Below, one piece after another: positions 1 through 9,243 of a DNA stretch of 64,000 bases. Made by a program: the position numbers and the translations under genes. Below the pieces are notes generated by a model. That model had not been told where the DNA came from. It did no database searches and saw nothing but the letters and a program-made list of their open reading frames with translations. The first letter of the stretch is position 1. Every line of letters begins with the position of its first letter. The stretch is from a virus (Duplodnaviria > Caudoviricetes), in IMG/VR virus record IMGVR_UViG_3300009078_000003, positions 90 through 64,089 of that record; one strand, written 5' to 3'.

Positions 1-382
1 CATGAGGCCCCCTAACAGGATCTTGATACCATATATCTCCAAAGGCCCATGGGTGCTTCTCATTTTCAGGTATCTTCCCCTTTTTATATTCGTCATATCT
101 GCGCCTTACTATATCAGCATGAAGTAATAAGGCAAAATCATCACAATTTTCTATCTCGTCTATATATTCATATCTTATAACCGGAGAGTTAAAAACTGCC
201 CACTCAAGTTCGTTCTCCAATGGCATGACATAGTCAGTGTCAGCAGGCCATAACCTGCCTGGATTCAGCCAGGGCCATGCCTCAAGGAGCTTATTCAGTA
301 CCTTGTTTATAGGCAGAACAACCGAAGTATCCACTACAACAGGTTCTTTCTTCCGTTTATGCCAGTTAAATAGATTCCACAT
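1..382 (-). CDS. Partial ORF (runs off window): papain/transglutaminase-like Cys-His protein (MOA lectin C-terminal-like)
   Basis: Not in ORF track; translated by hand from ATG at 382: MWNLFNWHKRK...ENCDDFALLLHAD...PWAFGDIWYQDPVRGPH. The CDDFA motif and downstream His fit a papain-like catalytic pair. Confidence 0.55.
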   Translation of the reverse strand, partial: MWNLFNWHKRKKEPVVVDTSVVLPINKVLNKLLEAWPWLNPGRLWPADTDYVMPLENELEWAVFNSPVIRYEYIDEIENCDDFALLLHADIVRRRYDEYKKGKIPENEKHPWAFGDIWYQDPVRGPH

Positions 383-443
383 TTACCTGTTCTTCCAGCT
401 ATACCTGATATGCTGCACTGTAGTCATACTTTACTCCTGTTTC

Positions 444-875
444 TTATTCAGTATTAATCAGAAAGGGATCTAAAAACCCCTTAATCAGAGATCGAGATCG
501 AAAAGGACGTACTTTGATATAGGCATTCTGATCAGAAGCATTTTGCTCAGTTAAGGTACTGCTCCCCCCTCCGGAGGCCCCTATTGACAATTCATTATCC
601 AGACACAACTCTACATGAATCACTTTACCAGAACCATTTTCCCAAAAGACCAGGCAGCCTTCATAAGGATGTTCAACCAGTCTGTCCTTAAAGAGCTCCC
701 AGAGGCTGTGAGCAGTCCAGTCTCCCTTACGTGGCAGTGCCCCCACACTCTTTAATATTTCTACAACCATACCCGAACAGTCAAACGACTCTATGGGATC
801 ATCCCCACCCCATTTATAGGGCAGACCCCACATCTTCCAGGCTATAGCTACGGCTATCTTTCTTTTCTTTTCCAT
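444..875 (-). CDS. NlpC/P60 cell-wall peptidase, putative endolysin
   Basis: PYKWGG...FDCSG and VIHV motifs; at distal end of late region. Confidence 0.85.
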   Translation of the reverse strand: MEKKRKIAVAIAWKMWGLPYKWGGDDPIESFDCSGMVVEILKSVGALPRKGDWTAHSLWELFKDRLVEHPYEGCLVFWENGSGKVIHVELCLDNELSIGASGGGSSTLTEQNASDQNAYIKVRPFRSRSLIKGFLDPFLINTE

Positions 876-877
876 TT

Positions 878-1528
878 CTACCTGTTTTTAGACTGAGCAA
901 TCCTTGACAACGTATCCTGGACCCCCTTCAAAGAACAGGTTCTCTGGTGATCACAGAACAAATCAAAATCTATAAACAGCTCATACCCAAGCTTCTCAGC
1001 CTTTTGAAAAATATGGAAATCACAAGTCAGGCTGAGAGTTCCATCCGGGTAGTACAAAAACTCATAGGGTCTCTCAATCTTCTCAAAGATCTCCCTGCGG
1101 AACATTACACAGGCGCCCCCCGTAGCATCAACCCGCTCAATTCCCTTGCCATAGTAAACCGTATACTGCTTCTCTTCGTTATACCGCAGAGTTACCGGAT
1201 ATGGAAAGTATTCCCCATTGTCAGCCTTCATTGAGAAGCAGGTGGCTCCTATTATATCTTTCTCTGCACTGACCAATCTATGCAGGGCTTCTGGTGATGG
1301 GACGATGTCAGCGTCTATAAACCAAAGATAATCTGCGTTGGTCTCCAGAAATGCCTTAACACACCTGTTTCTTGCAGAGTCCAACGGGAATATGCCCTCC
1401 GGCATATAGGGAGTCGGAACTATGTACCTGGTATCATGGGTCCAGTAAATCAGATTGGATACTAACCCTGGCACAATATTTCCCATATTCGGGACTGCTA
1501 TAAAGATCCTCTTTTTCATGTTTAACAT
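878..1528 (-). CDS. GT-A (GT2-like) glycosyltransferase
   Basis: IFIAVP, SARN, YLWFIDAD (DxD), GGACVMFRREIF, DF.IF..A...G. Confidence 0.8.
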   Translation of the reverse strand: MLNMKKRIFIAVPNMGNIVPGLVSNLIYWTHDTRYIVPTPYMPEGIFPLDSARNRCVKAFLETNADYLWFIDADIVPSPEALHRLVSAEKDIIGATCFSMKADNGEYFPYPVTLRYNEEKQYTVYYGKGIERVDATGGACVMFRREIFEKIERPYEFLYYPDGTLSLTCDFHIFQKAEKLGYELFIDFDLFCDHQRTCSLKGVQDTLSRIAQSKNR

Positions 1529-2169
1529 CCTATATTTTCATGTGAAATTCCCTTCACCATCCCCCCTGGACTGCTAAAACTGTCCAAAATAGTTGCGGTA
1601 AAGCCATTGTGTTTATAAATCCTGGATCCTGAATCCCAACCTGGGCTTGTTGTAGTATAAGTATTTATACCATCCCAATCTAATCCAAAAACGCTGGCAA
1701 GGTTAGGTTCAAAACTGTCCAGAATTGTGGCTGAAAAGCCGTTATGTTTGTAAACCTTATGTACAGAAGCATCTATGCTAAGTAAATTTGGGCTGTCCCA
1801 ACACAATTCAGTCGGGTAGGTATTTGGGCTGCTGAAGCTGTCAAGTATGGTACTTGAAAAGCCGTCATGCTTGTAAATCTTAGTAGCTCCTTGATCGCTG
1901 CTAAGAATGTTTGTCCCATCCCAACTTACACCCATAGGGTTTGTAGTAGGAGTGCTGAAACTGTCCAAAATTGAGGCTGAAAATCCATCATGTTTGTAAA
2001 TCTTATCTGCCGTATATACATCAGTACTTAAAATATTTGCTCCATCCCAAGATAGCCCATACGGATAACCTTCAGGGGAGCTAAAGCTATCTAATATTGT
2101 GGTTGAAAAACCACTATGCTTATAGATTTTATTAACCTGGTCATCTGCACTAAACAGATTTATAGCCAT
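1522..2169 (-). CDS. 5-repeat beta-propeller protein, paralog 4
   Basis: Five ~42-aa repeats KIYKHxGFSxTILDSFSSP...GxxWDG; start MAINLFS after GAGG RBS; ends NIGC. Confidence 0.8.
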   Translation of the reverse strand: MAINLFSADDQVNKIYKHSGFSTTILDSFSSPEGYPYGLSWDGANILSTDVYTADKIYKHDGFSASILDSFSTPTTNPMGVSWDGTNILSSDQGATKIYKHDGFSSTILDSFSSPNTYPTELCWDSPNLLSIDASVHKVYKHNGFSATILDSFEPNLASVFGLDWDGINTYTTTSPGWDSGSRIYKHNGFTATILDSFSSPGGMVKGISHENIGC

Positions 2170-2182
2170 CTTAATTACCTCC

Positions 2183-2818
2183 TCAACACCCTGTGTACTC
2201 AAGTGCTAGCCCATAAGAATAAGTTGACGGGCTGCTGAAACTGTCTAGTATTGTGCTTGAGAAGCCATCGTGCTTGTAAATCTTATCTGTTCCAGAGTCA
2301 GTGCTATAAATATTTGTGCCATCCCACGAAATACCATGGAGAACACCCCCCGGACTGCTAAAGCTGTCCAGTATGGTGTTTGAAAAACCATTGTGTTTGT
2401 AAATCTTACCAGTTCCGAAATCTGAACTGTAAATATTTGTTCCATCCCAAACCAAACCTTCTGGATAGTGGCCAGGACTGCTGAAGCTGCTGAGGATACT
2501 GTTTGAAAAGCCATTATGTTTATACAGCTTCTCCCCCCAGCTTCCAGCACTGTACAGATTGGTCCCATCCCAGGCCAGACCAGTGTAACCCTCAGCGTAT
2601 GAACAGTTAAAACTGTCAAGTATCGTTGCGCTGAACCCCTGGTGCTTGAATATAGTTCCTTCACCATAATCAGAACTTAAGAGATTGGAGCCTTCCCAAG
2701 CCAGACCCCAGGGTTGATATAATGGGGCACTGAAACTGTCTAGAATAGAAGTGGAGAACCCATCGTGCTTATAAATCTTGTGGGAATCTTCATCAGTACT
2801 GAACAGATTTACAGCCAT
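2183..2818 (-). CDS. 5-repeat beta-propeller protein, paralog 3
   Basis: Same repeat; MAVNLFS...YTGC. Confidence 0.8.
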   Translation of the reverse strand: MAVNLFSTDEDSHKIYKHDGFSTSILDSFSAPLYQPWGLAWEGSNLLSSDYGEGTIFKHQGFSATILDSFNCSYAEGYTGLAWDGTNLYSAGSWGEKLYKHNGFSNSILSSFSSPGHYPEGLVWDGTNIYSSDFGTGKIYKHNGFSNTILDSFSSPGGVLHGISWDGTNIYSTDSGTDKIYKHDGFSSTILDSFSSPSTYSYGLALEYTGC

Positions 2819-2819
2819 C

Positions 2820-3458
2820 TTAACACCCTATATTTTCATTAGTTAATCCGGTTGGAGTTCCAGAGGGACTGCTAAAACTATCCAAAATAGTACTTGAAAT
2901 ACCACTGTGTTTGTACAGCTTGTCAGTACCTGTATCTGCGCTATATAGGTTCGTTCCATCAAAAGTTAGTCCAGATGGCAAACCCCCCGGACTGCTGAAA
3001 CTGCCTAATATTGAAACCGAAAAGCCATTGTGCTTGTAAATCTTATCTGAATAGCATGAGTCGCTTATGAGATTCCCACTAGCCCAAGTAATACCCTGGT
3101 CTGCCACACCCCCTACTGGATCATTAAAAGAACTTAAAATAGTACTGGAGAAGCCATTATGCTTATAAATATGGCTACTCCCCTGATCGACAGAATAAAG
3201 ATTGCTGCCATCCCAAGCCAGATCACGTGGGCCTGTCCCAGGACTGCTGAAACTATCCAGTATTGAAGAGGTAAAGCCGTCATGTTTGTAAAGTTTGTCT
3301 GTGGTTGCATCAGAACTATACAAATTCGTTCCATCAAAAGTCAGCCCCTGCAAGAGAGTACTAGGGCTACTGAAACTGTCTAATATTGAGGCTGAAAAGC
3401 CATCATGTTTGTAGATTTTGTTCGTTGTCCTATCTGCACTAAATATATTTATAGCCAT
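2820..3458 (-). CDS. 5-repeat beta-propeller protein, paralog 2
   Basis: Same repeat; MAINIFS...NIGC; start placed after GGAGGT RBS. Confidence 0.8.
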   Translation of the reverse strand: MAINIFSADRTTNKIYKHDGFSASILDSFSSPSTLLQGLTFDGTNLYSSDATTDKLYKHDGFTSSILDSFSSPGTGPRDLAWDGSNLYSVDQGSSHIYKHNGFSSTILSSFNDPVGGVADQGITWASGNLISDSCYSDKIYKHNGFSVSILGSFSSPGGLPSGLTFDGTNLYSADTGTDKLYKHSGISSTILDSFSSPSGTPTGLTNENIGC

Positions 3459-3463
3459 CTTGA

Positions 3464-3970
3464 TTACCTCCAGCTCTTCCACTGAGCGACTGGATTAAAA
3501 TACTCAGCACCGCAGTGTGTATTATAAGGTACCTCCAAGTGCCCATCAAACCACTTGATTGTAGTCTGGTGGGCTATCCCGGCAAAGCCAAGCTTCCTTA
3601 ATATTCCTTCAGTCTTGGCCAACACTCTAAATCCTGGAGGCCGGTACAGGAAATTCTCTGGCAGGAAAGGTTTCAGGATATTGGTGGCTGCTTGGATATA
3701 AGCCTCCTGATCCTCCCTGAAACCTTCCTGCGGTCTCAGATGATCATAGCCATGTACCCCAACTGTAACCCAGTCTTTGTTGGCTACCCACCAATCGAAG
3801 AACTCAGAACTCCTGGATATGTTCTCTATCCCCCGATAGTTGGCAATCACAAAAGCTATCAGTTTTGTCTCAGGATACTGCTCTTTGATCTCAAGCCAGT
3901 AATTCCAATACTTGAGATTGGAAGGGCAAACATCATCCGTAGTGAGGACTTTATTTTGCCAGGGCCTCAT
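3464..3970 (-). CDS. Polysaccharide deacetylase (NodB/CE4, DUF2334-like)
   Basis: TTDDV, FVI, GVHGYDH, YRPPG motifs. Confidence 0.75.
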   Translation of the reverse strand: MRPWQNKVLTTDDVCPSNLKYWNYWLEIKEQYPETKLIAFVIANYRGIENISRSSEFFDWWVANKDWVTVGVHGYDHLRPQEGFREDQEAYIQAATNILKPFLPENFLYRPPGFRVLAKTEGILRKLGFAGIAHQTTIKWFDGHLEVPYNTHCGAEYFNPVAQWKSWR

Positions 3971-4400
3971 CTAGAACCTCTTTGAAGGATCTACTCTTCG
4001 TTATTCCGGGTTCCTTACTTTCAGGATCAAGGGCCTCTTTCTCCTTCTTACTCAGAGATTCCCCCCTAGCCACCTTTGCACTGATCGCAATAACCTTTGC
4101 AGAGTCAGTTATTCTCTCAACCTGCTCAGTCCAGTCATCCCCCAAAGCCAGAGCATCATCATACGGAACCTCCTGAGCAGTGGGGTTCGCCAGGAACTGC
4201 ACTGCATCGGCATCGTCCACCCCAATTAGAATAGACTCGTCCCGATCCCCTCTGGCCACGACTTTGTCAAAGTTCTTCTTTAAAGAACTCTCGTATACCG
4301 GGCCAAACCGGACCTTCCTGGCGTCATACTCTTTCGGGTACACATAGCTTGTTTTCTCTGGTGTACGATTCCTTCCAATGGACATCTTGATTAATTTCAT
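3951..4400 (-). CDS. Hypothetical protein within propeller cluster
   Basis: 149-aa ORF with GGAGG RBS, in operon. Confidence 0.6.
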   Translation of the reverse strand: MKLIKMSIGRNRTPEKTSYVYPKEYDARKVRFGPVYESSLKKNFDKVVARGDRDESILIGVDDADAVQFLANPTAQEVPYDDALALGDDWTEQVERITDSAKVIAISAKVARGESLSKKEKEALDPESKEPGITKSRSFKEVLDEALAK

Positions 4401-4412
4401 ATTATTTCCTCC

Positions 4413-5039
4413 TTAACAACCTGTTTGTTCTAAAGACAAACCCCATGAAAAAGTACCTGGACCACTAAAACTGTCCAGAATAGTTGTGGAAAAACCATTG
4501 TGCTTGTAAATCCTATCTACACCACTATCTGCACTATACAAATCAGTTCCATCCCATGTTATACCACGAGGCTCTTCACCAGGACTGCTGAAGCTATCCA
4601 AAACAGTAGCTGAAAAGCCACTGTATTTATAAATCTTATCGGTTGATAGATTTGAACAAAGAGTATTTGTGCCATCCCAAGCAACACCCTGCACACCTAT
4701 TCCTGAACCCTGGGCAAAACTATCCAATATGGTATTAGAGAAACCATTATGCTTATAGACTTTACCGACCCCATAATCAGTACTGAGGAGATTAGTACCA
4801 TCCCATTCCAAACCTTGATTATAGTGATCCGATCGTAAAAAACTGTCTATAATAGAAGCTGAAAAGCCATCGTGTTTGTAAATTTTATCCCAATAATCAC
4901 TGTTACTAAGCATATTAGTACCATCCCAGGCTACATCAACAGCACCATACTTACCAGCACAGCTGTCCAGAATTGAGGCTGAAAAGCCATCGTGTTTATA
5001 AATCTTATTTGAGTCTTGACTGAATAGATTTATAGCCAT
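4413..5039 (-). CDS. 5-repeat beta-propeller protein, paralog 1
   Basis: Same repeat; MAINLFS...QTGC. Confidence 0.8.
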   Translation of the reverse strand: MAINLFSQDSNKIYKHDGFSASILDSCAGKYGAVDVAWDGTNMLSNSDYWDKIYKHDGFSASIIDSFLRSDHYNQGLEWDGTNLLSTDYGVGKVYKHNGFSNTILDSFAQGSGIGVQGVAWDGTNTLCSNLSTDKIYKYSGFSATVLDSFSSPGEEPRGITWDGTDLYSADSGVDRIYKHNGFSTTILDSFSGPGTFSWGLSLEQTGC

Positions 5040-5048
5040 AACTTCCTC

Positions 5049-6383
5049 CTACGAAAGCAGATCCTCTTCTCTAATTAACGAATGCCGCTGTATCTGGTCA
5101 GGATTAAACTGAGCTTCCTCAACCAGTCTCTTCAAACTCAGGACTTTGTCAGAGGGAATCAAGCCAGCCCTATTTGCCAGGTAAGATAATATCTGATCCG
5201 GGGTCTTACATTTGAGATATTCTACTGCCGGCACACTGTTCCTAAACTTTGAAAACTTGTAATAATCAGAATCCAGAATCTCCCCATGCATGATATTGTT
5301 TGGCACATAATTGATCAGCTTGCCAGCTTCCGCTTCCAACAAAGTAAATGGCTCAATATCATAACCCCTGAAAGTGTGAGTAACCCGGAACTCCTGGTCA
5401 TCTATCGCTGAAGTAAGAGCCAGATCTGCCACACTGTAAATCCACAATACAGTGTCCGGGATCTCCAGATTATGAGCGATTGTCCGAACAACTGTCTCTG
5501 GCTTATCAAGATCCAAGTAAGGAATATGCCTGTTTCTGCAAAAACCGTCATAGCAGTACTCTCTCCTAACAGTCCGCATATATTTAATGGGTATTATCAA
5601 CAGCTCTTCACACTCAACAGGAGCAAACGATACTGAATCTTCAAAATCCGATGCATAGGGAAAATCCCCACCCACCGGGTGATAGCAAAACTTATTTGGC
5701 TTAATTACCCTAGCTACCTCCTGTTTGTCAGCCATAACTTTCCATTCCCGCCATGGATAGTCTTTATAGATAATCGTAACATGCTGCACCCAGGTCTTTT
5801 CTTCAAACGCAATTCTTATAATAGGCGTTTCATCACCAAAATACCCAACGTCATACGGCTGCCAGTATTCACTAGGGTCCTTGTTCAGTACATTTTCGAT
5901 GGGATCTCGGGTTGTAGACAAATTCGCAGAAATACTAGTTCCAGGCACAGTGTTCAGCACATTCTGCTTGTTAAAATTGAAAACCTTTATCTGAACAATA
6001 GCCGAAGGCGCAGGGTATTTTTCATCCCTACTCATAATCCTAACCGGGGACCCTTCACTAGCTCTTCGTGTTATATCTGCTGCAGAACAATCGCAGAAAT
6101 AGACATCCGGCCTGTCAAGCAATTCCACCATCTTCTGCCTGTATAATTCTCTCCGATCAGACTGCTTCACCACGAAATCAGGTGTAATTCCAAAAGCAAT
6201 CAGATCCTCCAGAAAGTAATTCTGCAGGCTTACACGCTCCCCAGTAAGCTTGATCCCATCCAGTCTGAGAAAGAAGGTCCCCTTATTCTGCTTTGCCCAG
6301 ATATAGTTATACAGGACATTAACCAAATGTCCGATGTGCAAACGTCCAGAGAGTGAAGGTGCAAATCTTGTGGTTACTTTCAA
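5049..6383 (-). CDS. Class I glutamyl-tRNA synthetase/GluQ-like catalytic domain with inserted discoidin (F5/8 type C)-like domain
   Basis: TTRFAPSLSGRLHIGH, FFLRLD, QSDR, YFCDC, YDGFCR, THTFRGYD, KFSK; ~150-aa insert between CDC and YDGFC; no full anticodon-binding domain. Confidence 0.8.
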   Translation of the reverse strand: MKVTTRFAPSLSGRLHIGHLVNVLYNYIWAKQNKGTFFLRLDGIKLTGERVSLQNYFLEDLIAFGITPDFVVKQSDRRELYRQKMVELLDRPDVYFCDCSAADITRRASEGSPVRIMSRDEKYPAPSAIVQIKVFNFNKQNVLNTVPGTSISANLSTTRDPIENVLNKDPSEYWQPYDVGYFGDETPIIRIAFEEKTWVQHVTIIYKDYPWREWKVMADKQEVARVIKPNKFCYHPVGGDFPYASDFEDSVSFAPVECEELLIIPIKYMRTVRREYCYDGFCRNRHIPYLDLDKPETVVRTIAHNLEIPDTVLWIYSVADLALTSAIDDQEFRVTHTFRGYDIEPFTLLEAEAGKLINYVPNNIMHGEILDSDYYKFSKFRNSVPAVEYLKCKTPDQILSYLANRAGLIPSDKVLSLKRLVEEAQFNPDQIQRHSLIREEDLLS

Positions 6384-7417
6384 TGCAGGACCTCCACAAC
6401 CTTCTCAATAAGCTGGGTCATATTCAATCTCTGCGAAGAAGGAACTACAGGCACCTCATAAGAATACCCCAAAGGAAACTGCACCGTAATCCTGGAATTG
6501 GAAGGCCAGAAGTTCTTATCCGGTATCACTGTCAGTATCCTGGAATCCAAAGGCAGTATTCTAACACTGACAGCATCCATCATCCCTGCCAGCAACCCCA
6601 TGTGGAGCCTTCCACTAAGAACTTCTGGCCTTCCAAACATGTGAAGTGCCATCCAATCAAGATCTGAAACATACCTAGCATTCTCCAAACCCAAAGTTAC
6701 CGCTGAGTAGGTATCCTCCGCAGAGACTGAATAAACGTCCGCCCCTTTTGTTTTAGCATACTCCACCTGGATACGCAAAAACTCATTTAGGTAGCCCTCT
6801 GGCAAAGAATTCTTAGACAAAGAATATCTTGGATCTTGAAAAATACAAAGGGGGCTACTTATAAATCCCCTTCTTCGGAGCGTTTGTAGTGCCCACCTGG
6901 AGGTATCTTTTGACAGATATGATTGTATACCCAATTTACTAAACACAGCCTGAGCCATTGCGTCTCTGGTTACAACCAAATCAAATCCCCCAAAAAGAGT
7001 TGAGATATAGTTTATCGTCTGTGGGAATAGCACCAGCTCACTGTAAACCTGGTCAAAAGAATCAAACTTTACTAGTCTGCTGGAATCAACAGCATATAAG
7101 GGAAAACAGGAACCTACACCTAAAGCTATCTTCTTGGCCTGGGGGAACCTTAGTATAGCTTTCAAGAGAACCTGAGCCTTCAAAGAATGCTCAAGACCAA
7201 ACCATAACCAAGGAGAGCCTGCCAAAACCAAGATGTCCACATCTCCCCAATAAAATTGGCTCATGTAGGTATCCAACTCTTTCTCAGCCCTAAGAGCATC
7301 AAACATCAGGAACTCTACATCCGGGTCTACTGTCCTCAGAATCTCTTGGGTACCCCTGTAAGTAAGCAGGTCCCCGATATTATAATTTGAAGTTGGGTGC
7401 AGAACTAAGACTCTCAC
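6380..7417 (-). CDS. Polysaccharide pyruvyl transferase family protein
   Basis: NIGDLL, AGSP, ALGVG, VTRD, KDT, SGRLH motifs. Confidence 0.75.
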   Translation of the reverse strand: MRVLVLHPTSNYNIGDLLTYRGTQEILRTVDPDVEFLMFDALRAEKELDTYMSQFYWGDVDILVLAGSPWLWFGLEHSLKAQVLLKAILRFPQAKKIALGVGSCFPLYAVDSSRLVKFDSFDQVYSELVLFPQTINYISTLFGGFDLVVTRDAMAQAVFSKLGIQSYLSKDTSRWALQTLRRRGFISSPLCIFQDPRYSLSKNSLPEGYLNEFLRIQVEYAKTKGADVYSVSAEDTYSAVTLGLENARYVSDLDWMALHMFGRPEVLSGRLHMGLLAGMMDAVSVRILPLDSRILTVIPDKNFWPSNSRITVQFPLGYSYEVPVVPSSQRLNMTQLIEKVVEVLH

Positions 7418-9243
7418 AATTTACTCCTTATTCTGTCATACAGCTGATGTGTAGCTTCCAGCTGCTCTGGTGTCTTAACTGCCCTGTCAAAGTGGTACAA
7501 ATGAGGGACCATGGCCTTACCTACCAAAGCCTCCGGCCTAAAACCTTCATGTAGCTTCCCAAACCACCGGACTTTCCCATCCACCCTTAACAACTTGGGA
7601 TTCTGGGAAGGATACGACTCAGGCCACATAACCTGGGTTCTTTCCAGATCAGCATAGTACCTGTGTGGCAATTTCCACCCATCGTAGTTGTTACTCTCCA
7701 ACAGAGGCCAGATCTCCGGGAAGTCTTCCCCTACCTGCATATCAGAGTCAACATAAAGCGCCCATTCTGTTTCTACAAATTCCAGTGCCTTATTTCTTAC
7801 CGCAGCAAAGTCATCCACCCAGTCAATGTGCTCTACTCTTATCCTATAGGTTCTTACAATCTCTACAGTATCATCCGTAGACCCGGTATCACACACCAGG
7901 ACTTCCACCCCATTAAACCCGACAACATTATCCAGACAATATCTTATATAGTTTCCATTGTTCTTTGTAAGGACAACAACAGTCAGCTTACCCTTAGCTC
8001 CCGTCTGTCTGTTCCGTTTGTACTGCCCAGGCAGGAACCAGCTGTTAGTGATTCTTTTGACCTCATCTATAATCCCGCAATATTCAAGATAGCTGGCATC
8101 AAGGAGCCTGGGGTTATGGTAGTCATACAAACTCAGGGAGCCAAAATCCATATTGTCATGAACAGTCCCCCGCTTCTTTGCAATATCCCAGAACTCTGTC
8201 CCTGGATAAGGAGTGGCTACATGGAACCAAAATTTGCCGGTCTTTACTTCCTGGCACCAGCGCATCAGATCGAGTGTCTGGTTCATATCTTCTATGGTCT
8301 CTGTGGGAGCGCCAAACATATAACTGCCATTTACGTTGATATGGTTTTCCAGGGCTGTAAGGGTGTTCTGTTTGAGGTTAGCAACACTAGCTCTTTTACT
8401 GGCCTTCAGGTACTTCAAGATCCTATCAGACCCAGACTCAAATCCAGTGTTAATATTTGTAACCTTTAACCTCTTCAAGCGTTCCCACAGGTCTGGCGAG
8501 AGAGGATCACAGAACCTTGCCTGAATGTGCATATACTTAATTTTATCCAGCAACCCTTCCCGCACCAGGGCATCATACAATTCGTCAAGCCGGGACTCCC
8601 CTATGAAAGCGTCATCCCAGATACCCAACCCCTGACCATATTTGAGGGCACTGGCTATTTGCTTGATAAGCTTATCCATACTCAGCTTCCGGTAGCCTTT
8701 CTCAAACTCTGTAGAACAGAAAACACACCGGAAGGGGCAGCCTCTGGCTGTCATTGTCCATATTATTTCAGACCTACGCACAAACTTATCATAGTTCAAG
8801 CTAGGGAGCTCTGCCTCTGTAAGTTTACCCACACTGCCAACTTTAAATCCCTTAATGTGGGCATTCTCAATCTCCTCAAGAGGTACTCCTTTAATCAGTT
8901 GCTCCACAGCCTTCTCAGCGTCTCCCCTAATAACAGCATCAAACACTGTACCCCGCAAAGAGGCCGGCAAAGGAGTTGTGTGGTGGCCCCCAATCACCAT
9001 AAGACCACCAAATCCCTGGTCCCTGAACTCCCCGGCCAGCTTGGCAACAACATTAAAATCAACAGTACTGCTGTAGAAACCCAGGATGTCCGGCTGAAAT
9101 GTTCTAACATCCTGCTGCAGCTTGTGCTTAGGCCCATAGGAAACCTGGATATGAGCATCATCATCTATATAGCTAAGGATAGATAACGCTCCCAAATAAG
9201 AGGCTCCAAGCCAGTCCGGGACCATGAGCAGGAATTTCTTCAT
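7414..9243 (-). CDS. B12-binding radical SAM enzyme fused to C-terminal GT2 glycosyltransferase
   Basis: GGHHTT cobalamin-domain motif, RGCPFRCVFC (CxxxCxxC), GFESGS, TPYPGT; then VVLTKN...DTGSTDDT...DFAAVRN...YVDSD...LHE. Confidence 0.88.
   Translation of the reverse strand: MKKFLLMVPDWLGASYLGALSILSYIDDDAHIQVSYGPKHKLQQDVRTFQPDILGFYSSTVDFNVVAKLAGEFRDQGFGGLMVIGGHHTTPLPASLRGTVFDAVIRGDAEKAVEQLIKGVPLEEIENAHIKGFKVGSVGKLTEAELPSLNYDKFVRRSEIIWTMTARGCPFRCVFCSTEFEKGYRKLSMDKLIKQIASALKYGQGLGIWDDAFIGESRLDELYDALVREGLLDKIKYMHIQARFCDPLSPDLWERLKRLKVTNINTGFESGSDRILKYLKASKRASVANLKQNTLTALENHINVNGSYMFGAPTETIEDMNQTLDLMRWCQEVKTGKFWFHVATPYPGTEFWDIAKKRGTVHDNMDFGSLSLYDYHNPRLLDASYLEYCGIIDEVKRITNSWFLPGQYKRNRQTGAKGKLTVVVLTKNNGNYIRYCLDNVVGFNGVEVLVCDTGSTDDTVEIVRTYRIRVEHIDWVDDFAAVRNKALEFVETEWALYVDSDMQVGEDFPEIWPLLESNNYDGWKLPHRYYADLERTQVMWPESYPSQNPKLLRVDGKVRWFGKLHEGFRPEALVGKAMVPHLYHFDRAVKTPEQLEATHQLYDRIRSKL

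Noticed and set aside
1522-5039. Diversity-generating retroelement acting on the propeller repeats
   Set aside because: No reverse transcriptase in the window, no near-identical TR/VR pair, and differences include indels and non-adenine changes
5049-6383. Housekeeping gltX signalling host chromosomal DNA
   Set aside because: Truncated, insert-bearing, motif-deviant and overlapping phage operon neighbours
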